A stretch of 63,716 nucleotides of DNA, counting the filler, from Reclinomonas americana ATCC 50394 (lineage: Eukaryota), in the NCBI GenBank assembly GCA_048213135.1. It is 6 parts of 3 records of this genome, joined end to end, with 100 filler letters (N's around TTAATTAATTAA, not from the genome) between each part and the next. Parts side by side here need not be neighbours in the genome. Positions count along the whole stretch, not along the records: positions 1 to 23,658 come from PS015144.1; 5 more parts are not named here. The stretch is one strand, 5' to 3'. Position numbers and translations under genes: made by a program. The first letter of the stretch is position 1. Each line of letters starts with the position of its first letter. The notes beneath the pieces were generated by a model. It searched no databases, was not told the origin of the DNA, and saw only the letters and a list, made by a program, of their open reading frames with translations. Below are positions 1 to 14,600 of the stretch, in pieces.

Positions 1-73
1 TCGGTGCGTGCGTGCGTGCGTTTTCCGTGAAATGGGATGGGCGAAATCTCTTAGCCCTTTCCGCTCACTGCAG

Positions 74-2746
74 CGTACGGTGGCGAGCGTGCACCTCCAC
101 ACAAGCGCTATGCGAATTTCTTCGACCCCAACGCGCAGATGTTGCGCTACAACGATGCCTGGTTGCTGAGTTGTCGTTGCGTCATGGACATGTTGGCGCC
201 ATCTTTTTCTAATACGCATGTCATGTCATGACCGAGCTTCGATCTCGACACGCAGGATCATGGACGTGGACCAAGCTGCCGGAGGCCTTTCAACAGAGCG
301 GGCCACGGCCTATCCGCTGGCACTCGATGGTGTCGATGCCCGAGTCGGAGCAAGTGATTCTCTACGGCGGCAGTGTCGAACCGACCAACTCGGACGAAAC
401 GCTCACCTTGTCCAGCATGTTTACGTTGGATGCGGCCGATCTGGAGGTAGGTCGTCGCCACCACGCCTTTGTGTTGTTTTCCTCTCTGCTCATCTGACTG
501 CGCGCAGCCGGACAACTCGCCATTAGCGCCGGAGGAAAATGGGGTGTCTGCGCCGCCATCCTCAGTTGCTGCACCTCCTCCCGCCCCTGCCCCTGCTCCC
601 GCCCCTGCCCCTGCTCCTGCTCCTGCTGCAGCACCAGCTGGCAGCGCCGTGGCAAGAGTCATTGATGACTCTCCCTTGTCGGTGCGTCGATGAAAGATAT
701 CGCACTCTGGTTGCCCGCATTGCTCACACATGCGTGCGGCTCTCTGTGTGCAGCGTGGTGGCGCATCGGCCAGTGAAATCGCATTGGCCAAGCACGTTTC
801 TCCGCCTCCACAAATCGTGGTCGATCAGCCTGACAAGCCGGCAGCTCGACCATTGCTGGTTTGCTGTACATCTTCACTCCTGTATACTCCTGTTCGCTCG
901 CTGAACACGATCGTCGCGTAGCCCGAGTTGGAGGAGGTGGAAGAATCGGATGTGCCTCCGATAATCGCTGTTGCGCCGCCCACCGATCCCACACCAACAC
1001 CAGTGCCCGTTCCAGCCTCCACTGCTGCAGCTCCACCCTCTGCCGATGTGATCAAACCACTACCCACCCTGTCGCAACTCACTGGTATGGACCCGATGCT
1101 GTCGAGCCGCTCGGCAGCCACCGACGGGACGGAAGATGCGGATGAGCCGGTTCGTGTCTTCATGTGCGCATGCATGTCTCTCACTTGTGATCGATTCGGC
1201 TGACGGACCGTGCGTGCGCCAGGAACTCTCATCGTCGGACAGCGAACTGTTCCGCCTGTACGACCATCTGTGCTACATTGCGATGGAATACGATCCGACT
1301 GAAGACCTGTTGGAGGTATTGTGGCGTCGTACTCAGCCACTACTGCTGTCGGTCTGTGCCTGACTTGTTTTCTGCGTCTGTAGATCTTGCAAGTGGATCG
1401 CTCCCTGCCGTATCGTGATTCAGTGTTCCCGGCCACGGCACGATCAGTGTCGCGGACGGCAGGGACGCCATCTCTTGGTGCGTGCTAGCATTCCGTGCGA
1501 TTTGGTGGACGCTCGACGCAGCACTCATTTGCTTCTCTCTCCCATCTCATGCAGCCGCTTGCGATCGCTGGGTGCCGGCATCGTCGCTGACCGACGAAAG
1601 CGGACAGCCTCTCACCTTGTTCGGCTCGGTGCCACTGGCCGAGCAGCGTCTGCACAACAACAAGATCGACACGGGCGAGTTGTCGACCGTGATTGTTGGT
1701 GAGCTACGAACTCACTCTCCTTCCTTCTCCGCGAATGCGCTCTCATGTTTGTGATCACAGCACTGGCCTCGAGCATCGAGCGGCTGCAAGACATGATATT
1801 GGTACCGTCGGACAGCCGAGCCGGATTGTTGCGTCTCAAAGAGTCCTTTCACGCTCGCTCCTTGTCAACCGCCTCACCACATCTACTACAGCTACGTCGT
1901 GCGGTTATGGGTCAACGGTCGGCAAATGTACGTGGTGGTGGACGACATGTTCCCGGCCGACGAGGATGGCGTCCCCATTTCCATCTACTCTGGTTGGTGG
2001 CCTGGTCGTCTCAAATCCTCGCTCCCCTTTATTTGACACGTGATGGCTAACGACGAGTCGCAGAATACGCTCTGTGGCCGATGGTGTTGGAAAAGGCGTA
2101 CGCCAAGCTGTGTGGTCATTACGAAGCTCTGCGTGTGTCGTTCGAACCGCACGATTATGAGCCACCAGCTCCGCCATACACGCTGAGTTGCGTCGCTTAA
2201 TGTGTGCGCCACCGCAAGTTCCATGCACTGCCTTTGCTCATCATCATCATCGTCGTCGTCGTCGGTAGAGCACTCGCCACTTCCGGCTGGTGTCCTCACC
2301 GTGTACGATTTCGTTTCTGACTTTACTGGATTGCCGGCGCATGAGATGTTGCGCTCGCGATACACAAGTGACTTCCTTGTTCTCGATCTCATCGAGTGAT
2401 TGTGGTGCGCAGTGAGCTGGGAGAGAGCGCCGAGTCGCGTTTCGACACACTGGACAGAATATTACAGTCGGGGTGAGTCACGCGACGCTGCAGAGGGAGA
2501 GAACCACCCCGAGTGTTGACGTGTCCTTCTCGCTCTCACACAGTGGCGTCATTCTGACTCACTGGCGTGACCCGACGGCCGAGGAGATGGCCGATCGGAA
2601 CTTGCCGCCGTTTGACGAGGGCTGGGGCTGCCTGACGCGAGTGCACAGATTACGGGGCGCGCACATGCTGCTCCACGTGGTTCCATTTACAGACAATACT
2701 CGTGAGTGATGTCGCGTTCTACCATGTTGTGAACGGTATGCTTCAG

Positions 2747-2789
<43 letters not shown>

Positions 2790-4391
2790 CGCACAGCATT
2801 CGATGGTCGCTGGTCGCACACTTCACTGATCTGGGAGGATCTCAAGAGTGACAAGGTTTGCCGCCTCTCCGCACTTTGTAGGGGCTCCATCCCCACACTC
2901 ACACCATGCATCTTCACAGGCGGCACTGCATGTGTCGGACCGCGACTGCGGGGTATGGATGGAGATTGACGAGCTTGCCATGTACTGTGACAAGGTGTTG
3001 GTGGCCGCCGAGTCCACCCCCGACATGCCGTACAAGCTGACGATCATGGTACGTGTTGTGCGCAAGCTTGTGTTGATTTCGCACGGTTGATGACGCGTTC
3101 GGGTGTACAGAGTCGCAACACCGGAAGCATGATGGTGGAGGCCGAGTCGCACTACTTTTTGGAGATTGCCGAGGACTGGACCAAAGTGTATGCGTATCTC
3201 ATGGCCGGCGATCGACGATTCAACTCTTCACGAGCGCTTCGCGTGTTCAAGAAGCCAGATGGTGAGTGTGAATGCGCGCGTACGTGTGTACTACCACGGC
3301 AACACGCTGACACCAACTCGCACCAGGTGTGCGTGAGCGCCTGGAGGATTTCGACTCGCTGGAGCTGGCCACCATCAACGTTTGTGAGTCCACCCTTGAC
3401 CGGCACTGCTTCCTCCACTGCTTCCGCCTTCTCATCGTGCCGTGACTTGTCGCAGCCCATGGTCTCGAAGCCGGACTGTATGTCATGATTCCGTTCGTGT
3501 CGCAGCGCTTCTCGTCCTTCCGGCTGGTGGTGTGCTCCGATCGCCCTCTAAAGATACCATTTTGTGTGCTTGTGCTTCATTCCATGCCTGGCTTCCAGTG
3601 CTGACAATTCTGTGACGCGTGCACATGTCCAGCTTCCCCGACTCGGTGCTGCCGCAGATGCGAACGCACTTTCGCGCTTGCGACCCATCGGCTGACGGCC
3701 GGCTCAAGACAGAGCAGCTGCAGCAGTTGCTGGCTCGCGTCGGTGCGTGGCACACGAATCATTGACAGCAGCTGCAGTGCGAGTGCTGAAATATAGGCGT
3801 GCTTGTGCATGCATGCAGGTCAAATATCGACGCCGTCGGAGCTGCGCGAGGCCATTCGCAGCATGGGCCGTGGTCGCGAGATGAGTCTCGACTTTGACGA
3901 GAGCCTCATGTTGCTCACGAGCATGTGGTTGGTGCGTGCACACGGGATGACAATCGTGCACGAGGTGCTGTATGCTGCTGCTAACACATGGTGTTCTTGC
4001 GCTGCGCAGCCGGAGGCGGCCATGGAGCACTCACTGCGTCAATCATTCCGAGCCATTGACACGGACGCCAACGGATACATTGAGCGCGAGGAGCTGCGCT
4101 TGTTCCTGCTGTCTCTCAGTCAGCCACTATCGGACACCGAGGTTTGTGACAGACAGGCAGGGGGGAAAGGGAGTGCCGCGTGCCTCATGTCTCACTTGCC
4201 GCGTCAACGTCGACACAGATTGAGCAACTGATCACGTTGGCCGATCGCAATGGTTCCTCCCCATTCTTGGTGCTGTTTATTCTACGTTCAGTGTGGCTCA
4301 CCCACTCCTTCTCTCTATCCCCACAGGCGACGGACGCATCGACTACGATGAGTGGGCGTCGAGTCTGCTGGCCGGACCACTGTCCCATTGA
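74..4391 (+). CDS. Multi-exon Kelch-repeat + catalytically dead calpain (CysPc-like) + EF-hand protein, 5' partial
   Basis: Spliced segments give Kelch-like YGG...RYNDAWLL and RWHSMV...VILYGG, a Pro/Ala linker, calpain-like YVVRLWVNGRQMYVVVDDMFP, LWPMVLEKAYAKLCGHYEAL, DFTG, FDGRWS and GVWMEIDE, then EF-hands DTDANGYIEREEL and DRNGDGRIDYDEW; stop TGA 4389-4391. Confidence 0.75.
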
Positions 4392-4477
4392 TATTGATCA
4401 AGAGTGAAAGAGAAAGCCATCCTCCTTCTCCTCCTCCTCCTCCTTCTCCTATTTGTTGTGCTCCATCATCCACTCGC

Positions 4478-6538
4478 ATGACTCGCGTGGTCACGCTGCT
4501 CATCGCCTGGTGAGCACAAATCAAGTGATCCACCTGAATGAGCTCGCATTCACACACACTGACACAGTCCATTCAACGGCGCCGTGGACGAGTGCACGCT
4601 GCCCTCTGACGCCAAAGTCTCCACTCTGTTGGACCTTGCACGGGGCAAGTTGGCCTCGTCACGCTCTGCTGGTGCGTGAGGAAACAATCCGCGCGCCAGT
4701 GCGCTCGCTCTCATCATTCATCATCTCCTCATCGTGCAGACGCGCTGTCGTATGCCTCGTGGCGATCGGCGTTCGACTACTCACTCACACACCCGACCAG
4801 TCATGCTCCTCTTGACACGCACGTCACGCTGGAGGAGGCTGGATTGCGTGATCGCGGTTGGTCGCAGCGAGTTGTCTCTCGCTCTCTTCGCATGTTCTTC
4901 TGCTCATTCGTGTGCGCTCGCAGATCTGCTGTTCCTCACGCAGAATGTGCGTGAGACGGCGTTGACAGAGGTCAAGCCGGCTGGGCGATTCCCCACTGAG
5001 GACGACATTCAACGGGCGACCAGTGCGCTGCCGCCGGCGCCGTCGGCCGTGGAAATGCGCAGAACGGTCTGCATGAGTGGACGTGCGTGTGAGCGAGTGA
5101 GTGGCACTGATCGCCTGCTCCACACCAGAGTCGCTTCTCGGAGGCACTGTGCCGACGCCATCGCGTGGGATCGTACGGGCAGTCGCAGCAAATGGCCACC
5201 CAATTGACATCCAACGAGCTCGCCTCGCTGCTTCCGCGTGTGCCGGCTGCCGCTCTGGCGCAGCTGGTCGAGGTCGGCTTCCCGGACCTGCATTGCCGCA
5301 AGGCACTGTACATTGCTCGGTGTGCATGCCGTTTTTCGACACTGCTGTGTTTGTGAGTGTGTGTGATGTTGCTGAGTGTTTGTGCGTGCGCGCTACGCAG
5401 GTTCCAGGTGGCGGTCGGATTGGAGTGGCTGTTGCGACATGCCGACACACCGGCCGTGCTGAATGCTCCTTTCACACGAGATGAACTGATCGGCATTCTG
5501 CGTGACCTCGGCGTGTCGGTGCCCGTTCGGCTGCCGTCGCCACCGCGTGCACCGTCGCCTCCACCAGCACGCACAGTGCCGAGCAGCAACAGCAGCGGTG
5601 CCAGTGGCGGCGGCGGCAATGGCGGTGCCAGCAGTGCGTCGGCTCAGGCTTCTTCGGCCAGCGGAGGAGCGAGTGGATCACCTGCGGTCGACGAAGCAAC
5701 CAGCACTGCAGCTTTTGTTGCTGAAGAGGTTTTGCAGCCTTCGCTTTGGTTTCATTCGTAGGAGAGCGCTTCACTCATCTTTGTGTCACTGCCAGGTTCA
5801 ACGACAGCTGGCAGAACTGCAGGCGCAAATGGCGGAGTTGCAACAGCAACAGGAACTCATTCGTCGGCGATCGGCAGCAGCGGCGGCTGCGGAGGCTGCT
5901 TCCGGCGGCTCGAGCGCGGAGATTGCTGCTCGCGAGGCGATGGCGGGCGTGGAATTACGGGCGCGCATCACTACATTGGTCGAGGCAATTGCGCGCCCAC
6001 CTTTCGAGCCCGACGAGCAGGTGTGCAGACGATCGTTCTTCGTGTCTGTGTCACTCGGTGCTCACCCTTTGCACGTCACAGTCTCTCCGTGTGCTCACGT
6101 CCATGGGCTTCGATCATGAAAGAGTGCTCGACGCTCTGCGTGCGTCGCAGAATAACTATGAGCGCACGATTGTCATTCTTCTCGAGGATCTGCCAGTTGA
6201 ACCAGCTCCACAGGTGACTTGGTCGGCAGATTCATTTTTTGATTCAACGCCCTCATCGTCATGGCATTGTACGTGTAGGTGGACCCCGTGGTGCGCATCT
6301 TCCTCGCTCAACCAGCAATGCAGCGCATTCTCAGCGATCCACGCATCGTCCGAGGTTCGATCCTTGTTGTCGAGGCCGTCGTCCCTCGCACGCAGTCTAA
6401 CTGTGTTTTCGTCCTGACGCAGGATTGCACGAGCTCGTGAGCAACCCTGCCAGTGTCGACCGCCTCATGGGCGACCCGGAAATGTCGGTTGTCTTGCGCC
6501 ACATGAGCGACCTGGTGACGCGGCATGAACAATCATGA
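4478..6538 (+). CDS. UBAC1: UBAC1/KPC2-like UBL-UBA-UBA-STI1 protein (multi-exon)
   Basis: PTEDDIQRATSALP; UBA1 LAQLVEVGFPDLHCRKAL..LEWLLRHAD; UBA2 LTSMGFDHERVLDALRASQNN; STI1-like C-terminus LAQPAMQRILSDPRIV..LVSNP; stop TGA 6536-6538. Confidence 0.75.
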
Positions 6539-8570
6539 AGCGGCGTCGCGCTCATTGACACTGTCGTCATTGTTGTTGTCATCGTCTCTCGCCAACTCAT
6601 CCTCCGTCGCCTCTGTGAGCCACCAATGTCCAGCCTCCTGCATGTCGACTTGCTTGTTGGCGCATCCGACCGCTCCGTCGTAGTGCAGTAGCGGCGCTGA
6701 CACTGCGCCGGACGTCGGTCGCGACCAACGTGTCGATGCGACGTCGTCCGGCGAGAACAAGCACAGAGAGACTTTCGGTGTCGGTGTCGTGTTGGCCAGT
6801 GACGACGTTCCCGGCAGCACTTGCATACTCCACCGCAGCGGTTCCTTGCGCAGCAGCTCATTCAGCGACTCGGACACGGTCAAATGGGACCAGCGCTGTC
6901 GACCGCGCGAGTGCTGCATGTGGCGGAGTGAGCGCCGCAAGAGCGCGATACTCGCCGGCGTCGGTTGCAAGTGGGCGACGGCAAGAGAGAGTGGGAATAC
7001 GCCGGAAGAGGTGAGCGCAGCTGCACTGCCCATGGTCCAATCACACTGCTGCGGCACGATCGAGTCCAGTGGGTTGTCGAGCAGCACTGCGTCGTTGTCC
7101 ATCAGAAGCACACTGACGCCGCGCTCCAGAATCATGAGCGCCGTCTGCAGACGATAGATCTGCAAGCGACGCTGCAGAGGGGATCCCGCGTACTGCTCCG
7201 GGTCCATGGCATTCATTTCAGCTGCTGCCAGCCAGTTCGACGGAATGTGAATAACATCAGGCAGGTGGTGGACGTGTTGTATCAAGTCCTTGGCCGTGTA
7301 CGAGGTTGCAATGTACAGAAAGGTGGCTGACACGAGAGCCTTGCGTACGGAGCACACAGAGTTGGCCATCAACGTCGTATGCACTGGATTGGCTGACCAT
7401 AAGACAACCAGTGAGGGCTTCCGTGCGAAGAGATCAGTAGGCCATTTGTCGGCGACAGCGACAACAGAATTGCCAGTGAGATCTGGGCACCGACCATTGT
7501 CATCCAGCAGCCACTTGCCCGCATCACGCAGGGCGCGTTCCTTCTCCGCAGCACCCACCGCACGGCCCACGTGCACCATGCGTTCCTGCATCGCAGCCGC
7601 GGACCACACACACAGACGGCATTGACCTGAGTTGCCAGCAGCAGCTTTGCCCGTCTGCGGCAGCAACTGCCATGCGGGCTGTTGCGTAATCAACCAGCGG
7701 AACAAAAGTTCGTGCGTCCACTGACTGCGGCCGCGCGACGGGTGTGCCACAGCATGCAAAATCCACTTCTCAAACATGGTGGCCGACGGTGTGTGGTGGC
7801 GAATCAACCACACGCCCGGATGTATGTACGGCAGCGGCGACGAGTCGGCTGGCGACCGTCCACGTTGCTGCAACACCCAGTCGCACTTGGCCAAGGCGGG
7901 GCGACGCAGCACCGACCTCTGCAGCATCACATCGCCCAGCACCACATCGGCATCCAGCAACAACACATCGTACCCCCGCCGCAGCAGCAGTGCAGCCACA
8001 CGATGCACGGCCACGTGCAAACGATGCCGCGTCGACGTTCCCGGCCACGCCATCGTCGCTTGTGCACCACCTGGCACTGCGTCCACACGCAAGTGCGAGT
8101 ATCCGTGAGCGAGTAACTCGGCCGACGCCGACTCGTCCAGCGCCACCGGCAACACATTCCCGTCGCCAACACGGTGCAATTGCAACAGCAAGTTGAGCAG
8201 CACTTGCACACACGCACCATCGCTCCACGTGACCATCACGGGCGCCTTGACCAGGTGCAGTCCGTGAATGGCGTCGTCCACGGAACCGAACGCCACCGGC
8301 GAGGCAGAAGTCTGCATCGCAAAAACGAGTGAGCTTGTACATCAACAGACACATGCGCGCGCGCACACACACACGCACCACCACTGCAGGCAGCGAGTCC
8401 ACGGCACCGGCAATGACATTGTCATGTTCGGAAGTGGAAGGAGTCGCCGGTGTGTGCGTGCGCAGTTGCCACACGGACCACGCGGCGAAGAGGAGCACGA
8501 GCGTACCGAGGAGAATGCGCACGAGTGGACGAGTGCGCCAGGTCATTATGTGTCGACCAAGGCGGCGCAT
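6533..8570 (-). CDS. Type II membrane nucleotide-diphospho-sugar transferase (PF03407/GT77-like) with two tandem GT domains
   Basis: N-terminal TM ILLGTLVLLFAAWSVW; 594-aa ORF with two copies of the motif (LLRRGYDVLLLDADVV; ILERGVSVLLMDNDAVLLDNP); one intron near 8315-8380; start 8570 or 8546. Confidence 0.75.
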
Positions 8571-8634
8571 GCACAGCAGAAGCAAGCAGTGCGGGACGGA
8601 CACCGAACGAAGGCGGACGCTGGCAACACTGACG

Positions 8635-10518
<1,884 letters not shown>

Positions 10519-10559
10519 AAAATGAAATGCTGGGTGTGTCCTCGCCGTTCCCTTGTGAA

Positions 10560-10764
10560 ATGCAACGCCTTGGCAGGATCACCGCCTCCAACTTGTCTGC
10601 CTTCTTGTGTTGCGACATCCAGGTCATTCTCCCCTCACCTCTCACACACCGACGGACGCTCTCACTCTCACACATACTGTACACTCGTGAACAGACTGCG
10701 TTCAGGTCACGCATCTACAACATGAGTGCGCTCATGCAGTCGGCACTCCTGCTGGTCAGTGTGG

Positions 10765-10797
<33 letters not shown>

Positions 10798-11592
10798 CGG
10801 GCTGATGTGCTGTTGTTCAGAACAAAGCAGCGACTGTGATGAAGATCCCCGTCGTGTGCACCGAGCACAACAAGAGTTGCGAGTGTGTGATGAAGTGCGC
10901 CTCCATGTGACCGTCGGTGAGTGACGCGTGCGTGCTGTGTAGAGGTGTTTGGTCCGACGGTCGACGAGATCCAGCTGCCGTCGCATGCGCAAGTCTTCCA
11001 GAAGCTCCGATTCTCCATGTGCTCCCCCGAGACGATGCCGCACCTGCTACGGCCAAGCACCAATGCCTCGCATGTGGTGCTGTATGGCATTGAGGTGCAT
11101 TGCGTGAGTTGTCGGATCTTCGACGCCCTCTGTGACTGACTGACGTGGTGCAAGACAGACGCACATTTGCGTGCTGCAAACTGCGCTGGAACTGCGCGAC
11201 AAGAACTTTGAGGTGCACATTCCGCTTGACGCAGTCTCCAGTCAGCGGCAATACGATCGGCACGCAGCGATCGAGGTGCGTTTTGCAGCTGACGTCGATG
11301 GATTTCTCTCGTCTGTGTTCTCATGCCGAATCACGCTGCAGAGACTGAAGGCAATTGGGTGCCACATGACGAGCGTCGAGTCGTTGCTGTTCCAGTTAAT
11401 GGAGACTGCCGAGGTTCGCGCATTTTGCAGTCCTGCTGCTGCTGCTGCTGTCCGTCATTTTGTTTGTGATTCACCAACGGAGAGTTGTGTGTTTCCCAGT
11501 CACCATACTTCCGTGATATCATCAAGCTGGTCAAGGAGGTGGATCGTGGCACACACCGGAACTTCCTCGTAGTGGACCCTGTCAATCATTGA
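10560..11592 (+). CDS. Isochorismatase domain-containing protein (ISOC1/2-like)
   Basis: Spliced: MQRLGRI..FLCCDIQ, IPVVCTEHNKKVFGPTV, KLRFSM, VVLYGIETHICVLQTALEL, DAVSSQR, ESLLFQLM. Confidence 0.9.
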
Positions 11593-11669
11593 CAGGAGCA
11601 GGAAGGCGTTGTGTGTTGTCGACAAGTGAATCATCCTACCTCCAAATTAGGAAGTCGGCGTTGGGCGTC

Positions 11670-14600
11670 ATGTTCAGATCCGGCTCTTCCTTTGTCTTGC
11701 ACAGAGTCGCCATCGCGCTCCTTTTGTGTACAGTGCTGGCGACAAAGGGTAGCGCGCGAGGTCAGCTCACGGTCGCTGGTTTGTTTCTGTCTCGCCTCTG
11801 ACGCCTACGCAGACTTTTCGGTCGAACGCCTGGCGACCTTGAGCAGTGTGCTGGACACTCTGGGTGAGTGAGTGAGTGAGTGCTGCCTCGGTCGATTATC
11901 ACTGTCGCAGATGCCTCATGCCGGTCTATCACAGCCACGATCTCGGAAGCCGTGATGCAAACGGACAGCAGTCAGATGTCACGAGTTTGGCCGTACGTCA
12001 CCGCCGACGGCTGCCTGTGCGTCCATCGTGAAGGTGACACACCACTCTGCGTGCCGCGCACGCCGTTTGCAATGTCTCATGGAGTCTCTGCATGGAGAGC
12101 AGACGCTGCGGTGGTGGACTCAGATCCGCTGCTCGCGTTGCTCCGGCGACCGAGTCTGTTCAGCGTGCGCACTCGACTGCAGCAGGCTGTGCCTGTCAAT
12201 GCCACTCTACTCGCACATGATGCAGACCGGTGGTGGAATCCAAGTCTCTCGTGCTATGCAAATTCCTCAGCCTCGTCGCAGTGTTTGCCTGTCCGCTCGA
12301 CTGCTGCCTGCCGGCTGCAATGTGCCGGCGACGACAGACGGGTGCTGAGTGACTATTCCGGTGCAGTTGTCCTCGTCTGTGTCTCTCCCTCTCGTGCACA
12401 TTCTCAGTCGCAGCAAATATGCAGCCGATGCGTTTACGACCATGTCCACCGCCATGTGGCTCACCAGCAATGTGCTTCACGAATTGCAGCAGCTAGTCGA
12501 GCAGCGTCGGGTGGCAGATGTTCTCTTTGCTGGTGTGATTCGTAGGTCGTACTTGTTGAGCGACCGTCTGGTACTGACTGCGTCTTCTGCGTGCGTAGAC
12601 GACAATCCATCAGCGGAAAGCACGTCTGCGCGGACAGTCGCGCTGATTGCCTCCGTCGCTGGTGTTCTTCGATCGACGTTCTTCAGCGTCGACTTTGCAG
12701 ATCCGCTCCTCAGCGCATGCAAGACCGAAATGACGATCGGCTCACTACGAGAGAATGTCGCCACTCTACCGTCGTCGCAGCTGATGGAGGCGTTGACGCT
12801 GCGCTCCTATTTTCTCAACTCGGTTCTTCCGCTGTTGGAGAACAACTCGACACTTGCGATCGGTCTGCAACAGGGTGACCACTGCACCACTATTGCTGTC
12901 AATACTGACTACGAATCGGTGTAGGTCGACCGGAGATACAGGCTGCCAGCACTCAGTTGCACCTATTAATGACGGCAGCGCTGTCGGTACGTCGGTAGGC
13001 GGCCTGGTATGGGCGAGGTTTTTCTCGCTGATTCGATATACGTACGGTACAGGCTGCGCGGGCGAGGACGGATGCTGTTGTAGGCTTGTTTCGCAATCCC
13101 ACCGTGTCGCTCCTGATGTGTGAAGTGGCAGTTGCGTGCAGCAGCTCTCGCGGGACTCTGTGTCCTCCGTGACATTCATGTGGTGTGTTGCAGCTGTTTT
13201 CGAAAACGGTGACGGCAGCGCTCTACGGACAGGCATTGCTTGCGGTGTTCGATCACGCCGCCATGCCTACAGCCAGCAATGATGCAACAGAGGACAGGTT
13301 TGCCCACAGCTCTCGTCGGCATTGATTGCAAGCAACAGAACCTACGCTCATGTTCATACATGCAGTGTCGATTTGGAATCCGCTGCTTCCGTTGTCGACG
13401 AAGCGGTCACTGGCATGGCGCAGTCACTGTCCTCTGTCGCCGCTGCTTCGCCGGATCTGCAGAGCCTCAGGCTGTGTCTTGGGCGCGTCATCATCGCCCC
13501 CTCGCGTGTGTCCATGGCCGACTGCGACACCGCGTGGACAGCAGTCACCACAAGTGCGCCGTCGGTGAGGGCTGTGCGCCGACTTTGGCGGCAGGTGAGA
13601 TTCTCTCGATCTCACGTGAGCATTGCAGGTGGGCTCCGCTGACTGGTTGCTCCCGTCCACACTTGTGGCACGCAACGTCACCCTTGTGCCGAACATCACG
13701 TCTGCCAACTACACGTCGCTGTCGATCGCCGCACGGCGTTGGTCTCTTTTCAACGAAACACTCCTTTCCGTGGACAATCTCGGTGGGGCACACTCACCTT
13801 TTGCGTTGCATCGTCACTCCATCGCCTTATCGTTCATGTCAGCAGATGGTGGTATCATGCTTGGCACGGAGGAGTGCGCATGGCTCTCGGCTGGCGCCTG
13901 TGACACATGGAGCTTTGCGTATGATGTCACCGTGCAAGTGCCAGTACTACGAATCACTGCCGCGGCTGAGCCTCCTGCGTATTTGTTCTCCAGCAACGGC
14001 ATGCGCGCGGAGGTGCCGGCGTCGGTGTGGCACACTGCAGCCAACACGGCTGTCACCGCAGCGACACCATGTCCAGACGGCTCATTCGGTGAGTTTCCCG
14101 TGTGCACATCATGTCCCGTAGGATACTACTGCCTGGGCGGCACGAAGAGGTGTGAGCATGTGTGCCGCCTGTCAGTGATCCCTGGCGTGCATGGCCTCAT
14201 TCACTTTCATGATGGCCTGACCAGACCATGCGAGAATGCGCCTGCTGACGGCAGTGCTGCGTACACGACTGCGGGCGAAACTACGTCTCAGTGCGCCTTT
14301 CGCTGCCTCGCTGGCTCGTATTATCGCTCCGGAAATTCCTGCTCTCTCTTGCCACTGGGCATGTACACGGTGGACGGATCCTCTTCGCCCCTGCTGCCAT
14401 GCATGGTGTCGCAAGTTGCGTGGTGTGCTTGACTTGTTGTTGCTTGAGAAATTTGGTCGGTGACTCTGTCAAAATCAGAATGTGTCGACTGTTGTGCCGA
14501 GTCACCTCGTTTCGTTTGCGGGCGGTGGCACGGTGCACAACGACTCGTCGTCATGTCTACTCGATTACCCGTATGCGCTGGCCACGGTGGCAGACTCGTT

